Positions 35,971-45,947 of a DNA stretch of 60,185 bases are shown piece by piece; within the stretch, counting starts at the first letter, position 1; every line of letters begins with the position of its first letter. The notes under the pieces are model-generated. The model ran no database searches and had not been told where the DNA came from. It saw only the letters and a program-made list of their open reading frames with translations. Source of the DNA: a virus (Duplodnaviria; Caudoviricetes). Both the position numbers and the translations under genes were made by a program. The stretch is taken from positions 1 to 60,185 of the IMG/VR virus record IMGVR_UViG_3300036766_000363. One strand, written 5' to 3'.

Positions 35971-37329
35971 CTAGTGCCGCGTTACCCCAAAGGTCCGGTC
36001 CAAAGCCCCGCCGTAAAGCCCCCAGGGGCTCTGGCTAGTTTCCTCTGCCGCCACCCTTCGCGCCTGTTTCTTCATCTCTGCTTCGTTCCGTGCCGTCCAC
36101 CGTGCCACCTGTCGCTCAAGGAATGATTCGTCCAGTGAGTTGGCGCCGGGGAAGGCGGCGATCTGGTCGTACAGTTTAAAGGCCAACCGCGCGTTCATCC
36201 AGTTCGCGTCCACATGCTTCGTGTCCGTGTTGTCATTTGAGAAGGCAACCTCGTTCCGTGTGCCCTTGATGTAGAGCGGGTCGTTGATCGTGCCCTGTCG
36301 GGCCACCGCACGGAACCCACGCCCCATCCCATCGTCCATCACGTCCCACTTGCCATCGACCCGTTCCCCACGGAAGTCGCCAACCATCACGTCCGTACCG
36401 TAGGTGTTGGGCGTGAGCCGGTAGATCCCCTTCACCTGGTCGGGGTGCTTCACCCACCACGGGAGGGCGATGCTCTGAGCCTCCGTGGAATACATCACCA
36501 CGTCGTCCCAGAGGCTCGTCACGTTGTTCTCCGCGTTCGCAAGGCGAACGGTCATCCGGTTGCAGGTAGCGGGCGTGGTAAACGTGAACCAGAGCCTATG
36601 CCAGTGCTGCCTCGTCGTCGTCTTCGTCGTTATAGCTGCGGAATTTGTGGAGTCGTAGGCTATGAGCGTCGGGGTTGTCGAAGCGGCGCTGGCGCGGACC
36701 AGTGCGGAAAGATGGTACAGCCTCCCCGGTTCTACCGTGACCACCGCGCTCTCGGAGTACCCTGCCGCGCTCGTCGTGAGTACGCTTAGCCATCTCTTTC
36801 CATTTCCCGGTATTCCCGTAGTAGCTTTTGTAACCGTGGCGTTGGTCCCAGCCCAGTCGGTCGTATGGGTCTGTTCAAAATCAAAATCAGCGATCTCGGA
36901 GAGCATGGACTGAGCGGGCAGGTAGCACTCGTCCGTGAGGATCTGGTCGATGGTATCGAGGACATCCTGCGGGTGGGGGAAGCGAAATACTTGGTACTCG
37001 TCAGTAGACACAGGGGAAGCGGAAAACACGGGGCTAACGGTCAGCCTGCCGTTCCCCGGTTCATACTTCGTAATCGGTCGAATCTCTGTCTCAGGGGCAG
37101 CGGCAGCACCACCGGCATCCTTGCCAATCCTGAGCCATGCCCCGTTCCACATCTCCTCGGAATACTGGCTGGACTGGAGCCGGGTCGTGTCAATGAGGGT
37201 GGAAGTAGAGCCGCCCGTAGCCGTGCCATACGTGCCGAACCCACCCTCGCGCAGGACGCGCTTGATGATGGAACTGCGGGTAAGCAATTCCAATCCGGTC
37301 GTTGTGGGGGATGTCCCAAGTAAGCTCAT
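35971..37329 (-). CDS. Head-tail adaptor-like structural protein with carbohydrate-binding-like insert
   Basis: GTATGGSTSTLID motif; DFE..W...V.PG..Y.LSA.VR..WDD pattern. Confidence 0.6.
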   Translation of the reverse strand: MSLLGTSPTTTGLELLTRSSIIKRVLREGGFGTYGTATGGSTSTLIDTTRLQSSQYSEEMWNGAWLRIGKDAGGAAAAPETEIRPITKYEPGNGRLTVSPVFSASPVSTDEYQVFRFPHPQDVLDTIDQILTDECYLPAQSMLSEIADFDFEQTHTTDWAGTNATVTKATTGIPGNGKRWLSVLTTSAAGYSESAVVTVEPGRLYHLSALVRASAASTTPTLIAYDSTNSAAITTKTTTRQHWHRLWFTFTTPATCNRMTVRLANAENNVTSLWDDVVMYSTEAQSIALPWWVKHPDQVKGIYRLTPNTYGTDVMVGDFRGERVDGKWDVMDDGMGRGFRAVARQGTINDPLYIKGTRNEVAFSNDNTDTKHVDANWMNARLAFKLYDQIAAFPGANSLDESFLERQVARWTARNEAEMKKQARRVAAEETSQSPWGLYGGALDRTFGVTRH

Positions 37330-37754
37330 ACAGAAACCCCCGCCGATTTCCAATAGTATTTACGACTGTTAGCGCGAAGACAGGCGCGACACTTTCTTTC
37401 GTTTTTATAAAAGTAGATATTCTCAATGCCATACTTATGACCGGACGGACAATGCGTTTTGGCTTTTTGTCTGGCCCCTTGAAGCGGGCTTCTCAACATA
37501 TTAACGTAGTGAGTTACTGGTTCCAAATGGGAATAATTAACACAACTACGATTTCTGCACAAATGATCAAGCTCTAGTCCCGAAGGAACTAAACCAATGA
37601 ACAATTCATAGGCGAACCGATGTGCCGAAATTATTCTCTTATTGGATCTAAACTTTCCATATCCGTTCTTGTCCTTACACCCCGTCCACAGCCAGCAATC
37701 ACCAGATTTATCAACCTTTGCCCAAAAGCGTTCAGTAGTATTCATCATACTCAC
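37326..37754 (-). CDS. HNH homing endonuclease (AT-rich)
   Basis: ERFWAKVDKSGDCWLW, AHRFAYE, LDHLCR. Confidence 0.92.
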   Translation of the reverse strand: MSMMNTTERFWAKVDKSGDCWLWTGCKDKNGYGKFRSNKRIISAHRFAYELFIGLVPSGLELDHLCRNRSCVNYSHLEPVTHYVNMLRSPLQGARQKAKTHCPSGHKYGIENIYFYKNERKCRACLRANSRKYYWKSAGVSV

Positions 37755-38140
37755 GAGTCTATTGTAATCTGCGCTGCCGCCGAGGTGGTGCCGGTCTCCA
37801 ATGTTAGAATGTCATTTGAATCAAGACGAACCTGGAGATCGTAGTAATACGACACGCCTGCCGTCATCGCCAGTGAGTTTGTAGCAGAGATGTCGAAGCG
37901 AATGATCCCTGAGCCGTCCGCTCCTGTGTCCTCTATCTGCCCGGTGCCAGCTACGTCGGATGACGTGATGACCTTCTGGAAGGTGGCGCTCCCGTCCACA
38001 TCGGCAATAGCAGCCTTTACCGTCAGCCATCCTTCGGCCAGGGTGCGCCCGGCAGGGATGTTGTCGATGGTGCGACGAATACTGAATACGTCTCCGCGCA
38101 CAATTCCGAGGCCCCCGTGGAGTGATCCTGTTACTGCCAT
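37751..38140 (-). CDS. Ig-like / BppU-N-like structural protein
   Basis: RGD...YYYDLQV...TLExG pattern. Confidence 0.65.
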   Translation of the reverse strand: MAVTGSLHGGLGIVRGDVFSIRRTIDNIPAGRTLAEGWLTVKAAIADVDGSATFQKVITSSDVAGTGQIEDTGADGSGIIRFDISATNSLAMTAGVSYYYDLQVRLDSNDILTLETGTTSAAAQITIDS

Positions 38141-38153
38141 CGTGTCAAGTCTA

Positions 38154-39740
38154 TCACAGTCTCAAAGTCTTCTCGTATACGGGAACCTTTGCTCGTTCAG
38201 TATACGTCCTCAGCGCCGCGCCGTCGCCGTAAACAGGAACATCAAGCGACGCATTGAACACCGGCAATGTCAAGCCTTCTGCGTAGATCGGGAAGCGGAG
38301 CCTCTGGCTGATTGCAATGACCAGGTAAACCGTCGTAATGCGCGCTATTGTGACCGTGCTCACGCCCGCGACAGCGGACAGGATGAGCACGGTCGGGGCC
38401 ATGACTACAGCGGTAGCTTCTGAGACGGCATCGACGGAACTCAGGGCGAGCAGCGCCGTCGTGCTCAGGGTAAGGAGAGCTTCGGCGATGGCCGCCGATG
38501 CGCTGAGGGACAGAAGTGCGGGGGAGATGACCGTTCCGGCCACAGTGGAGACTGCGTTAACTGAGGAGAGCGAGAGCACTGCGTTCGCGACGACAGTGGC
38601 AGAGACTACCGAGACGGCATCAACTTGAGAGAGCACAAGCTCGGCTTTAGAGGAAACAACCCCTGTCACAGCCGAGGCTGAAGCCACAGGGGAGAGGGTC
38701 AGGAGGGCAGGGGCGACCACGATGAGGGCAGCGGTAGAGACGGCAGCCACGCTGGAGAGTTCGAGGAAGGCAACGCCGGGAGCGGATACCGTGCCTGTCA
38801 CAGCGGACACCGAGGCCACGGGCGAGAGGATGAGCAGGGCTGGGGCCGCTACCGCGAGCGCAGCGGTCGAGACGGAGCCTACGCTGGAGAGAGCGAGTAG
38901 CGCAGGGGCGACCACCGTGAGGGTGGCACCTGAAGACGCGGCAACGGTGGAGAGGACAAGGATGGCGGGGGCCGCGGCGGCGATTGAGACGGTCGGCGCG
39001 AAGGGAGACAGGACGAGGGCGGTCGGCGAGGCGGCGTTGATGCGGTGAGCGATAACAGGGGCGAAGGTGGCGGTTGCGAGCGCGAGAACAGAAGGGGTAG
39101 CGGTCTGATTGTCCTGAAACAGCAGGGTGTTGGCGAACTCAATCCACGGACGGTAGGTTGTGGCAGTCGTGGTGTCGTCTTCCGGGAGGTCTCCACTTGA
39201 GGCGACTTCCCCTCGCCGGATGCTCCCGTTATGCCCATCCACCGACGGGGAGTTTGTCGGCGTACCACCTAGCCCCCACTCTACTACAATGTGGTCGCCA
39301 TTCGATGCCGTTACCGATGAGGAAGTTGTCGAGTCGCTTCGGTTGCTAACGTTGGTGATGGGAACCTCAGTCCCGTCTCGCCGTCTCGCGACAATCGAGC
39401 CGCCCACGACGGCAGCCCCAGCCGAGTCTATTAGGTACACCTTCCACGTAAGGAACAGGTTGTTGCTCAAGAAGGCCTCAAGGGCCTGCATCTGAATCTT
39501 TATCGTTTGTGCCGAAATAGTTTGGGCAGCTAGAGCTTCGCTAACTGACTGACCGGAGCAAGCGTCATTGTCGGTTTTGTCGTCCGCCGCGTCCGGGGTG
39601 TAGGCGGTGGTAGCAAGTGCCGTAGACCCCACCGACGTAGAGAGAGGAAGGACTACCCCGGCACTGTGGTTCCACCCTGACGGGGCAGGCGGAGTTACGG
39701 AGGCGCTGCCAGATGCCGGGAAGTAGAAGCGCGTTGCCAT
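38154..39740 (-). CDS. Virion fibre-like protein with Ala/Val/Ser repeats
   Basis: MATRFY start; repeated PALLxLSxV units. Confidence 0.65.
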   Translation of the reverse strand: MATRFYFPASGSASVTPPAPSGWNHSAGVVLPLSTSVGSTALATTAYTPDAADDKTDNDACSGQSVSEALAAQTISAQTIKIQMQALEAFLSNNLFLTWKVYLIDSAGAAVVGGSIVARRRDGTEVPITNVSNRSDSTTSSSVTASNGDHIVVEWGLGGTPTNSPSVDGHNGSIRRGEVASSGDLPEDDTTTATTYRPWIEFANTLLFQDNQTATPSVLALATATFAPVIAHRINAASPTALVLSPFAPTVSIAAAAPAILVLSTVAASSGATLTVVAPALLALSSVGSVSTAALAVAAPALLILSPVASVSAVTGTVSAPGVAFLELSSVAAVSTAALIVVAPALLTLSPVASASAVTGVVSSKAELVLSQVDAVSVVSATVVANAVLSLSSVNAVSTVAGTVISPALLSLSASAAIAEALLTLSTTALLALSSVDAVSEATAVVMAPTVLILSAVAGVSTVTIARITTVYLVIAISQRLRFPIYAEGLTLPVFNASLDVPVYGDGAALRTYTERAKVPVYEKTLRL

Positions 39741-39756
39741 TGGGAGCTACCTCCCG

Positions 39757-40308
39757 CTAGGCGAGCGTGAAGACGCCGCAGCTACAGGTCGGGCAATGCC
39801 GCTGCTCGTTAGCGCGCTGGCCCGCTGGCTGGCGCTTAGCCCAGAGTTCAAGGTTCTCAGGCCGGTTGTCGTCACGCATGCCGTTCTTGTGGTGGACGTT
39901 CTCGCCGGGGAGAAGCGCGCGGCCAAGGGTCGCCTCCATGACGAGGCGGTGCTCAAGGACATAGGGCTTCTTGGTGCCGGGGCGCGCAAGCTGAGCGGCT
40001 TCAGGATTCCAGACCCAGACATAGCCACGCTGGTACATGCGGCCACCCTTCCATGTGTTGGAGTGCTCCTTCCCCCCAAGAAAGAACTTGGGGTCATTGG
40101 CAAGGGCCGCGCGGACGCCACACGACCGTGAGCAGTGCAAGACCGGCTTGCCGTCCTGCCGCTTGATGGGGCACTGAACGAACTCCTCGCCGCAATGGGC
40201 GCAAGCGACGACTCGGGCGGCCATACGACAAGGATTCTTCCTGCCGAAGTGATACCACCATTGGCCGGACTCGTCTTGGCGAAAGCGGGTTGCATCTGGC
40301 TTCTTCAT
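39757..40308 (-). CDS. HNH endonuclease
   Basis: [14 protein letters not shown], [19 protein letters not shown]. Confidence 0.92.
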   Translation of the reverse strand: MKKPDATRFRQDESGQWWYHFGRKNPCRMAARVVACAHCGEEFVQCPIKRQDGKPVLHCSRSCGVRAALANDPKFFLGGKEHSNTWKGGRMYQRGYVWVWNPEAAQLARPGTKKPYVLEHRLVMEATLGRALLPGENVHHKNGMRDDNRPENLELWAKRQPAGQRANEQRHCPTCSCGVFTLA

Positions 40309-40339
40309 ACCTCCATTGTATCACGCAAGGGTGAACACG

Positions 40340-40765
40340 TCAGGCCAAAGTGAAGACTCCGCTCGCGTTGGCCGCGACAGTGAGCGTGTTTCCGGTCGTT
40401 GCCGTCACGTCTGCCGGGGTGCTGTCCAGCAGGGCGTAGCAGAGCACGTTCCCGGCGACCTCGTAGATGGCTGCGAAGCGAGCTACGATGGAGCCGCCAG
40501 AGGCAGTCCAGACGGGGTCGGTCGTGATGTCTACGGTGACCGTAGTGGTGCCCGCAAGGGTCAGGGCAACCGCGATGCCGCCAGCCGTGTAGCCATTGGC
40601 AGCGGCGTGTTCGGAGGTCACGCCCGCAAAGGTCGTGCTGGCCGCGCCGAGGTTCGAGGCCGACAGGAACAGCGCCATCTTGTAGCTGTCCGTGTCAATG
40701 TCGAAGGTGCCGTCGAGCAGCTTGGTGCGCCCGCCGTTTGTGAAGACCCATGCGCCAGCAGCCAT
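40340..40765 (-). CDS. Virion structural protein
   Basis: DxDTDxxKxAL, GYTAGG, WTASGGSI motifs. Confidence 0.75.
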   Translation of the reverse strand: MAAGAWVFTNGGRTKLLDGTFDIDTDSYKMALFLSASNLGAASTTFAGVTSEHAAANGYTAGGIAVALTLAGTTTVTVDITTDPVWTASGGSIVARFAAIYEVAGNVLCYALLDSTPADVTATTGNTLTVAANASGVFTLA

Positions 40766-40768
40766 TGG

Positions 40769-41095
40769 TTAGTACCCCGCCTTACGCGCCGCAGCCTCCG
40801 CTGCCCTCTTGGCGTTGTTCGCGGCGCCCGCCTCGTACTCGGCAATCACCCATTCTTCCGGGTAAACCATGTCGAAGCACTCGGGGTGATTCTCCATAGT
40901 GAGGCCGCTCACCTTACGCCAGGCGTCAGCAATCTTGAAGCACATCGGCTTACCACGATACCAGCGGAGAAAGCCGCCCTCCGTGGGCACGAACCGTTCG
41001 TCCTTGCGCCCGCGCTCAAGAGTGCCGTCCGGCATCTGGGTGTAGCCGTAGTCGATAAGGGCCTGCGTTGCTCTGTCCATGTCGTTGTCCTTCAT
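40769..41095 (-). CDS. Hypothetical protein
   Basis: TGATG coupling. Confidence 0.55.
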   Translation of the reverse strand: MKDNDMDRATQALIDYGYTQMPDGTLERGRKDERFVPTEGGFLRWYRGKPMCFKIADAWRKVSGLTMENHPECFDMVYPEEWVIAEYEAGAANNAKRAAEAAARKAGY

Positions 41096-41502
41096 CAGTC
41101 TAGCGTACAGGAAAATGCCGAGATCGCCACGGTCGGGGGAGTATTGCTGGTGTCCACAACTTTCGATGTGACGGTGCCCCAAAGCAAGAGATTACCCGCG
41201 CCAGAAGCCACATCGAATACACCGAAGTAGGTGATGGTGTCATCGCCTGCCGTCACAGCAGGGAACGTCAGCGCGGCGCTATTCGTCTTTGCGCCAGCCG
41301 CAGCCGCGCTCAGGTCTGTGGCAAGAATTTCCACGCGCGCGTAGGTTGTATAGTTCGCCTCCCCTGCCGTGGCGCTCGTGCTGGCATCCGTTAGGGCCGA
41401 TGTCCAAAGTCCGAGGTACACGTTGGCCGGTTCAGTGAACGCGCCATCGCTGAGGATGTGGTCGAGCACCTTGTTTTCCGCGTAGTCACTAAAACTAGCC
41501 AT
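41095..41502 (-). CDS. Virion structural (tail-fibre-associated) protein
   Basis: SDYAENKVLDH, YAR, FPA, GNLLxWG motifs. Confidence 0.8.
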   Translation of the reverse strand: MASFSDYAENKVLDHILSDGAFTEPANVYLGLWTSALTDASTSATAGEANYTTYARVEILATDLSAAAAGAKTNSAALTFPAVTAGDDTITYFGVFDVASGAGNLLLWGTVTSKVVDTSNTPPTVAISAFSCTLD

Positions 41503-41746
41503 TCTTCTTGCCAGCCTTCATCATATCGCTAAGTCCCATTGACTTCATTTTACCACCGCACTTAGGGCAAGTGTCGTCGTCAGTTTCAGGGACGCCCTTC
41601 TTGTCTTTGTCGGCGTCCTTGCTCTTATAGCCACACTTGCCACATTTCTTCATCATGGATGGGACTTCCTTGTTGGGTTTGGGGTGGCCGGGGGAGGGCG
41701 AGGGAGTCGGCGCTTCTGGCGCTCATGCCCCCGCCCCCTTGATTAA

Positions 41747-42451
41747 CTAGTTACCACCGAACAGATCGCCAAGTCCAGCCGGGTACTCAAGCCATTCCGC
41801 ATCGGCGAAACCAGACACCGAACCGGCGCTGGAACCCCAGTGGAAAAAGACAGAGGCAGGCCCGACGATAACCGGGGAAGTCTTGGGTTCATACACAAGG
41901 TCAACAATGCCCTGCGTAATCCCGGAGGTAACGATATTGACAACCAACTGCTTTCGGGCCAGTTCAAGATGATGAACTGCGGTGTTGTGCGGCGTTGTGT
42001 TGGCGGACACTACCGTACAAGCGGTTGATCGAGGGGCGTCAGTTCGCATGTTATAGACGGTTTCCGCCGTCCCCGTCGAAGGCGAGGCAGTAGAGGCCGT
42101 CGCGCGGTCTACCGCGATAAAGGCTTCCGTGATAACGGCGTCGGCGTCGGCCTGCGCCTCCACCTGGATAGCGCCCCGGAGAATCCTGATTGCCGTCCCC
42201 GAAGGAATAGCGATCGAGAGTTCTGACTGGGCAATATCCGGCACACCGCCATCACCACCACCACCGACGATCGGGGTGGTGAGCGCCCCCACGGTGACAT
42301 GATAGCCGTAGCCCGCGAGGACCATGGCATTCTTCATGTCCGTGGTAAGCACCGTGCCAAGGCGGTTTCCCGCCACTGGCTTGGAAAGACCTTCCGCTGC
42401 GAACCGAAAATCAGAACGAGCCTCAAGCTCGGCAACGAGTTCTTCCGCCAT
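41747..42451 (-). CDS. Putative structural protein, paralog 3 of 3
   Basis: GYGYHVTVGALTTPIVGGG shared with neighbours. Confidence 0.75.
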   Translation of the reverse strand: MAEELVAELEARSDFRFAAEGLSKPVAGNRLGTVLTTDMKNAMVLAGYGYHVTVGALTTPIVGGGGDGGVPDIAQSELSIAIPSGTAIRILRGAIQVEAQADADAVITEAFIAVDRATASTASPSTGTAETVYNMRTDAPRSTACTVVSANTTPHNTAVHHLELARKQLVVNIVTSGITQGIVDLVYEPKTSPVIVGPASVFFHWGSSAGSVSGFADAEWLEYPAGLGDLFGGN

Positions 42452-42452
42452 G

Positions 42453-43160
42453 TTAGCTACCACCAAACAGGGCGTTCAGGGCTTCCGGCATTTCAATCCA
42501 CGTCGCCTGGACGAACCCGGACATGGCCTGGGTTCCACCAAAATGGACGAAGAACGTAGCCGGGCCGACGAGAACCAGCGGCACCTTGGGTTCGTAGATG
42601 AGTTCGAGAAGGCCCTGCGTAATGCCGGAGGTAACGATGTTCGTCACCAACTGCTTACGAGCGACTTCAAGGTGATGCACAGGAGTCGTAATGGCCCCCG
42701 TGTAGGTGGCGTCCACAGTCACCGCAGAGAGGACCGTGCAAACCGAAGTACGCGAGTTATCGGTACGAAGGTTCAAAGGCGTCTCTACCGTGGACGTGCC
42801 GTTGGCCGTGACGGCCGCAGCGCGCTGGACTGCCATGAGGATTTCCTGGACATCGCCATCCTGGTCAGCCGGGAGTTCGCAGGAAACGCGAACGCTGGTG
42901 ATCAGCGCGCCAGCGCCAGAGGGGACGGAGATGATGAGTTCCGGTTCGGTGATGTCAAGGGTAGTGCCGTTACCACCACCCACAATGGGGGTCGTACCGT
43001 CACCAACGGTGACATGGAAACCATAACCAGCGGCGATGAGCCCCGACTTGAGACTCTTGATGGTCATCTGCCCGGCACGCCCGCCCCAGACGGGGAAGTT
43101 GGCGTTCTCAGCAGAAGACGTAGGATTGCGACGAGCGAGGAGGGAGAGTGCATCAGACAT
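42453..43160 (-). CDS. Putative structural protein, paralog 2 of 3
   Basis: GYGFHVTVGDGTTPIVGGG. Confidence 0.75.
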   Translation of the reverse strand: MSDALSLLARRNPTSSAENANFPVWGGRAGQMTIKSLKSGLIAAGYGFHVTVGDGTTPIVGGGNGTTLDITEPELIISVPSGAGALITSVRVSCELPADQDGDVQEILMAVQRAAAVTANGTSTVETPLNLRTDNSRTSVCTVLSAVTVDATYTGAITTPVHHLEVARKQLVTNIVTSGITQGLLELIYEPKVPLVLVGPATFFVHFGGTQAMSGFVQATWIEMPEALNALFGGS

Positions 43161-43164
43161 GGTA

Positions 43165-43848
43165 TTAGCTTCCACCCCACAAGGCGTTCAGTTCTTCGGG
43201 AAGTTCAATCCACTGCGCCTGTGCGAACCCGGACATAGCCTGGGTGCCGCACCAGTACATAAGGACTGTCGCTGGGCCGATGATGATCGGCGGGTCGTTG
43301 GGCTCATACAGGAGGTCAAGGACGCCATGGGAGATACCGGCAGTGACAATGTTGGTGACCTTACCAACGCGAGCAAGCTCGGCGCTGATGGTCGGGGTGC
43401 CGTGGTCTCCCGTGTTGGCCGAAACCGCCGTGCAGACGGAAGCGCGCGGGTTGTCGGTACGCATGTTGAAGGCGGTCTCAGCGGTGCCCGTCCCAACCAC
43501 ATGAGCAGTCGCCCGGTCAACCATGAAGAAGATTTCCTGAACGTCACCGTCCTGGTCGGCAGGCACTTCGCACTGCGCGCTCAGGCGGATCGGCATGATG
43601 GCGGTCCCGGTAGGGACCGAGATGAAAAGTTCCGACTGTTCGTAGTCGAGAACCGTGCCAGCACCACCACCCTGGATGGGAGTGGTGAGGGCACCGACCG
43701 TCACATGAAAGCCGAAGCCCGCAGCCACAAGGGCGTCGAGTTCCGACTGGGTAACGAGCACACCGGCCCGGTCACCCCATGCTCCGATCGACAACCCCTC
43801 GCCCGTAAGCGTAGGGTTGCGCCGTGCAAAGATTTGAGATACTGCCAT
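43165..43848 (-). CDS. Putative structural protein, paralog 1 of 3
   Basis: GFGFHVTVGALTTPIQGGG. Confidence 0.75.
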   Translation of the reverse strand: MAVSQIFARRNPTLTGEGLSIGAWGDRAGVLVTQSELDALVAAGFGFHVTVGALTTPIQGGGAGTVLDYEQSELFISVPTGTAIMPIRLSAQCEVPADQDGDVQEIFFMVDRATAHVVGTGTAETAFNMRTDNPRASVCTAVSANTGDHGTPTISAELARVGKVTNIVTAGISHGVLDLLYEPNDPPIIIGPATVLMYWCGTQAMSGFAQAQWIELPEELNALWGGS

Positions 43849-43862
43849 TAGCTAACCTCCGT

Positions 43863-44099
43863 TTATTCTTGTGCTTCTGTATGGCGATAGAAGCGTTTTT
43901 GAATAGCGCCAGCCCCATCCACCGTCAACTTCTCTTCGATACACAATTCAAGGCCATGATCCGAACGGGTGGCCTCGAAATGGACAGCCCCACCACGCAC
44001 GCAGAAATGGAGGTCAAGTTTCTCCAGTTCGTGTGCAAGGCTGTTATCGCCTTGAACCAACAGTGAAAGGATTTGCCCTGGGGCAAAACTAGCGTTCAT
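43863..44099 (-). CDS. Hypothetical protein
   Basis: Fills the gap in the operon; AGGA SD. Confidence 0.5.
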   Translation of the reverse strand: MNASFAPGQILSLLVQGDNSLAHELEKLDLHFCVRGGAVHFEATRSDHGLELCIEEKLTVDGAGAIQKRFYRHTEAQE

Positions 44100-44105
44100 T
44101 CCTAT

Positions 44106-44924
44106 TTACCGATCCTGCCAGACGCGGATGAAGTCCACGTCCGTAACCCGGCTCGATGTCGTGCGCGTCCCAACCAGGAAGTGGGGACGGACCGAAGTCC
44201 CGCCTTGAAGGGCAAGAATAAGGCTCTTGTCAGAACCAGCGACGAGGATGGGGTTCTGGGCCGAGTTGCTGTCGTAGACCCTGCAAAAGGCAGTGTCGCC
44301 GTTCAGTTGGACAACGAGGGTGTACCAGTTTCCCGCCGAAGGCGCCCACGTAGCAAGGTTGACCTTCTGGGCCGTATAGCCGGAGCCAGTAGATACGCCG
44401 ACAAAGGCAGCGGTCTTAAGGGTCTGGTCGGTGTCGAGATGAATGACGGCAATATCCGTAGCGCCGTTGCCGGTCGCAGGGGTGTCCACGTCAGTCACGG
44501 CGGGAAGCGTCTCGTCATCAAGGGCGTCCGTGAAACCAAACTCAAACGTGAAATCGGTCACAACGTCGATCTTGAAACGAATGGCCGCGCCAGCGTTCTT
44601 GTCGCCCGACCAGATCACGTCACCGTTGATGGCGTGATAGCCGTTGTCGGAGCCACCCGTAGCGCCCTGGATAGTTCCGCCAATAGCCGAGGCCCACGCA
44701 AACGTGGTCGCGGTGCCGTCAGCGGCCAGGTTCCAGCGGGTAGTTGAAATCGTGTCGTCAGTGAAGTCGTCTTCAACGTAAACAACGCTGTCTCGGAATT
44801 GCGGATACATCGCCGTAGCGACGCCCTGCGGAGTCCCCATCTTCTCTTGGAAGCGGGTGCCACCAGGGACCATCGTGGTTCCATGCTTTGCGCCGTACTC
44901 GGCGCCATTAACGATCTTAGCCAA
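44106..44924 (-). CDS. Lectin-fold-like capsid-associated protein
   Basis: EDDF..W start, DVDFIRVWQ end; AAGGT SD with TTG start. Confidence 0.65.
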   Translation of the reverse strand: MAKIVNGAEYGAKHGTTMVPGGTRFQEKMGTPQGVATAMYPQFRDSVVYVEDDFTDDTISTTRWNLAADGTATTFAWASAIGGTIQGATGGSDNGYHAINGDVIWSGDKNAGAAIRFKIDVVTDFTFEFGFTDALDDETLPAVTDVDTPATGNGATDIAVIHLDTDQTLKTAAFVGVSTGSGYTAQKVNLATWAPSAGNWYTLVVQLNGDTAFCRVYDSNSAQNPILVAGSDKSLILALQGGTSVRPHFLVGTRTTSSRVTDVDFIRVWQDR

Positions 44925-45038
44925 TTTGTCGGCCTACCTTTCTTTTCGGCAGGCCCGCTCCATCACGGAGACGGGCCGACACAGTATGTCAAGTAGTAGT
45001 ATACGGTAGATCCGCACACAACTACAGTTGTCAAGCCC

Positions 45039-45947
45039 CTAGGAAAGGGCTTCGATGTACTTGAGGGTGTCGTCCGCCGTCAGCTTTGTGAAGTTGGGCG
45101 GCATGGGAACGTTGTTGGCCTTGAGCCACTGCCACATATGCTTCCGCTGCCAGGTCATGTCGGGCTTGCCGGAAATGTCAAAGGTGACATTCTTGGCGGG
45201 CATGACATCTTGAGTGTCGTTGAACACCTGTGGCTGCGGCTGCATCTGGTTAACCATGATCATCGCCTGAGCCATGATCTGGGCCATCTGCTGGGCGTCG
45301 AAGTTGTTCCCGCCACCGCTACCGGACTGAGCGGCAAACATGCTGCTCGCGGCGAGGAGGGCTTCCTGGTTCTGCTTGCCTACGGCTTCGGCCGCAACGG
45401 CGTCCTCGTGGGCAGCGGTGATGTGCTGGTGCAGAGAGGTCTCCGCGTCGAGCTTGCCCCAGCCGTGGAACAACCGTTCGCCACCGGGGCCATCGCCCTG
45501 GCAGCCATACGGGCAGGCCACGTCTACGGCGTTCTCAGCCACGTCAGGACGGGCAGACCTCACCTTGGGGTCACGGTGCCCGAGGAGTACGACAATCTGC
45601 TGGCCGGGCATGATGTAGTCACCCCTCGGCCCGAAGTCGCCGTTGTCGTCACGGGCGGTAAGTCCGCCGTTCTTCATAAACTTGCGGAACTTCGACCGCC
45701 CAACGGTCATGCTGTCGAAGGCGGTACTGCCAACCTCTTCATAGCCAAACGAGTCAGGAAGTTCCTTCCATCGCTTGATCTGAATGTGGCGCTGGTAGTC
45801 GAAGGCATCGGACTGGACGCGAGGCCCAACGGCCACATGCCCGTCCGGCTTCTTCCAATACTTGAGTTCCTTGTTCTTGCGACCGCCATCGGTCAGGTTG
45901 GCAATCGGTTCGTCTCCCCACAGGGAGCCACTAGATTCGTCGGCCAC
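45039..45947 (-). CDS. Hypothetical protein
   Basis: AAGGAG upstream of GTG 45947. Confidence 0.7.
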   Translation of the reverse strand: MADESSGSLWGDEPIANLTDGGRKNKELKYWKKPDGHVAVGPRVQSDAFDYQRHIQIKRWKELPDSFGYEEVGSTAFDSMTVGRSKFRKFMKNGGLTARDDNGDFGPRGDYIMPGQQIVVLLGHRDPKVRSARPDVAENAVDVACPYGCQGDGPGGERLFHGWGKLDAETSLHQHITAAHEDAVAAEAVGKQNQEALLAASSMFAAQSGSGGGNNFDAQQMAQIMAQAMIMVNQMQPQPQVFNDTQDVMPAKNVTFDISGKPDMTWQRKHMWQWLKANNVPMPPNFTKLTADDTLKYIEALS

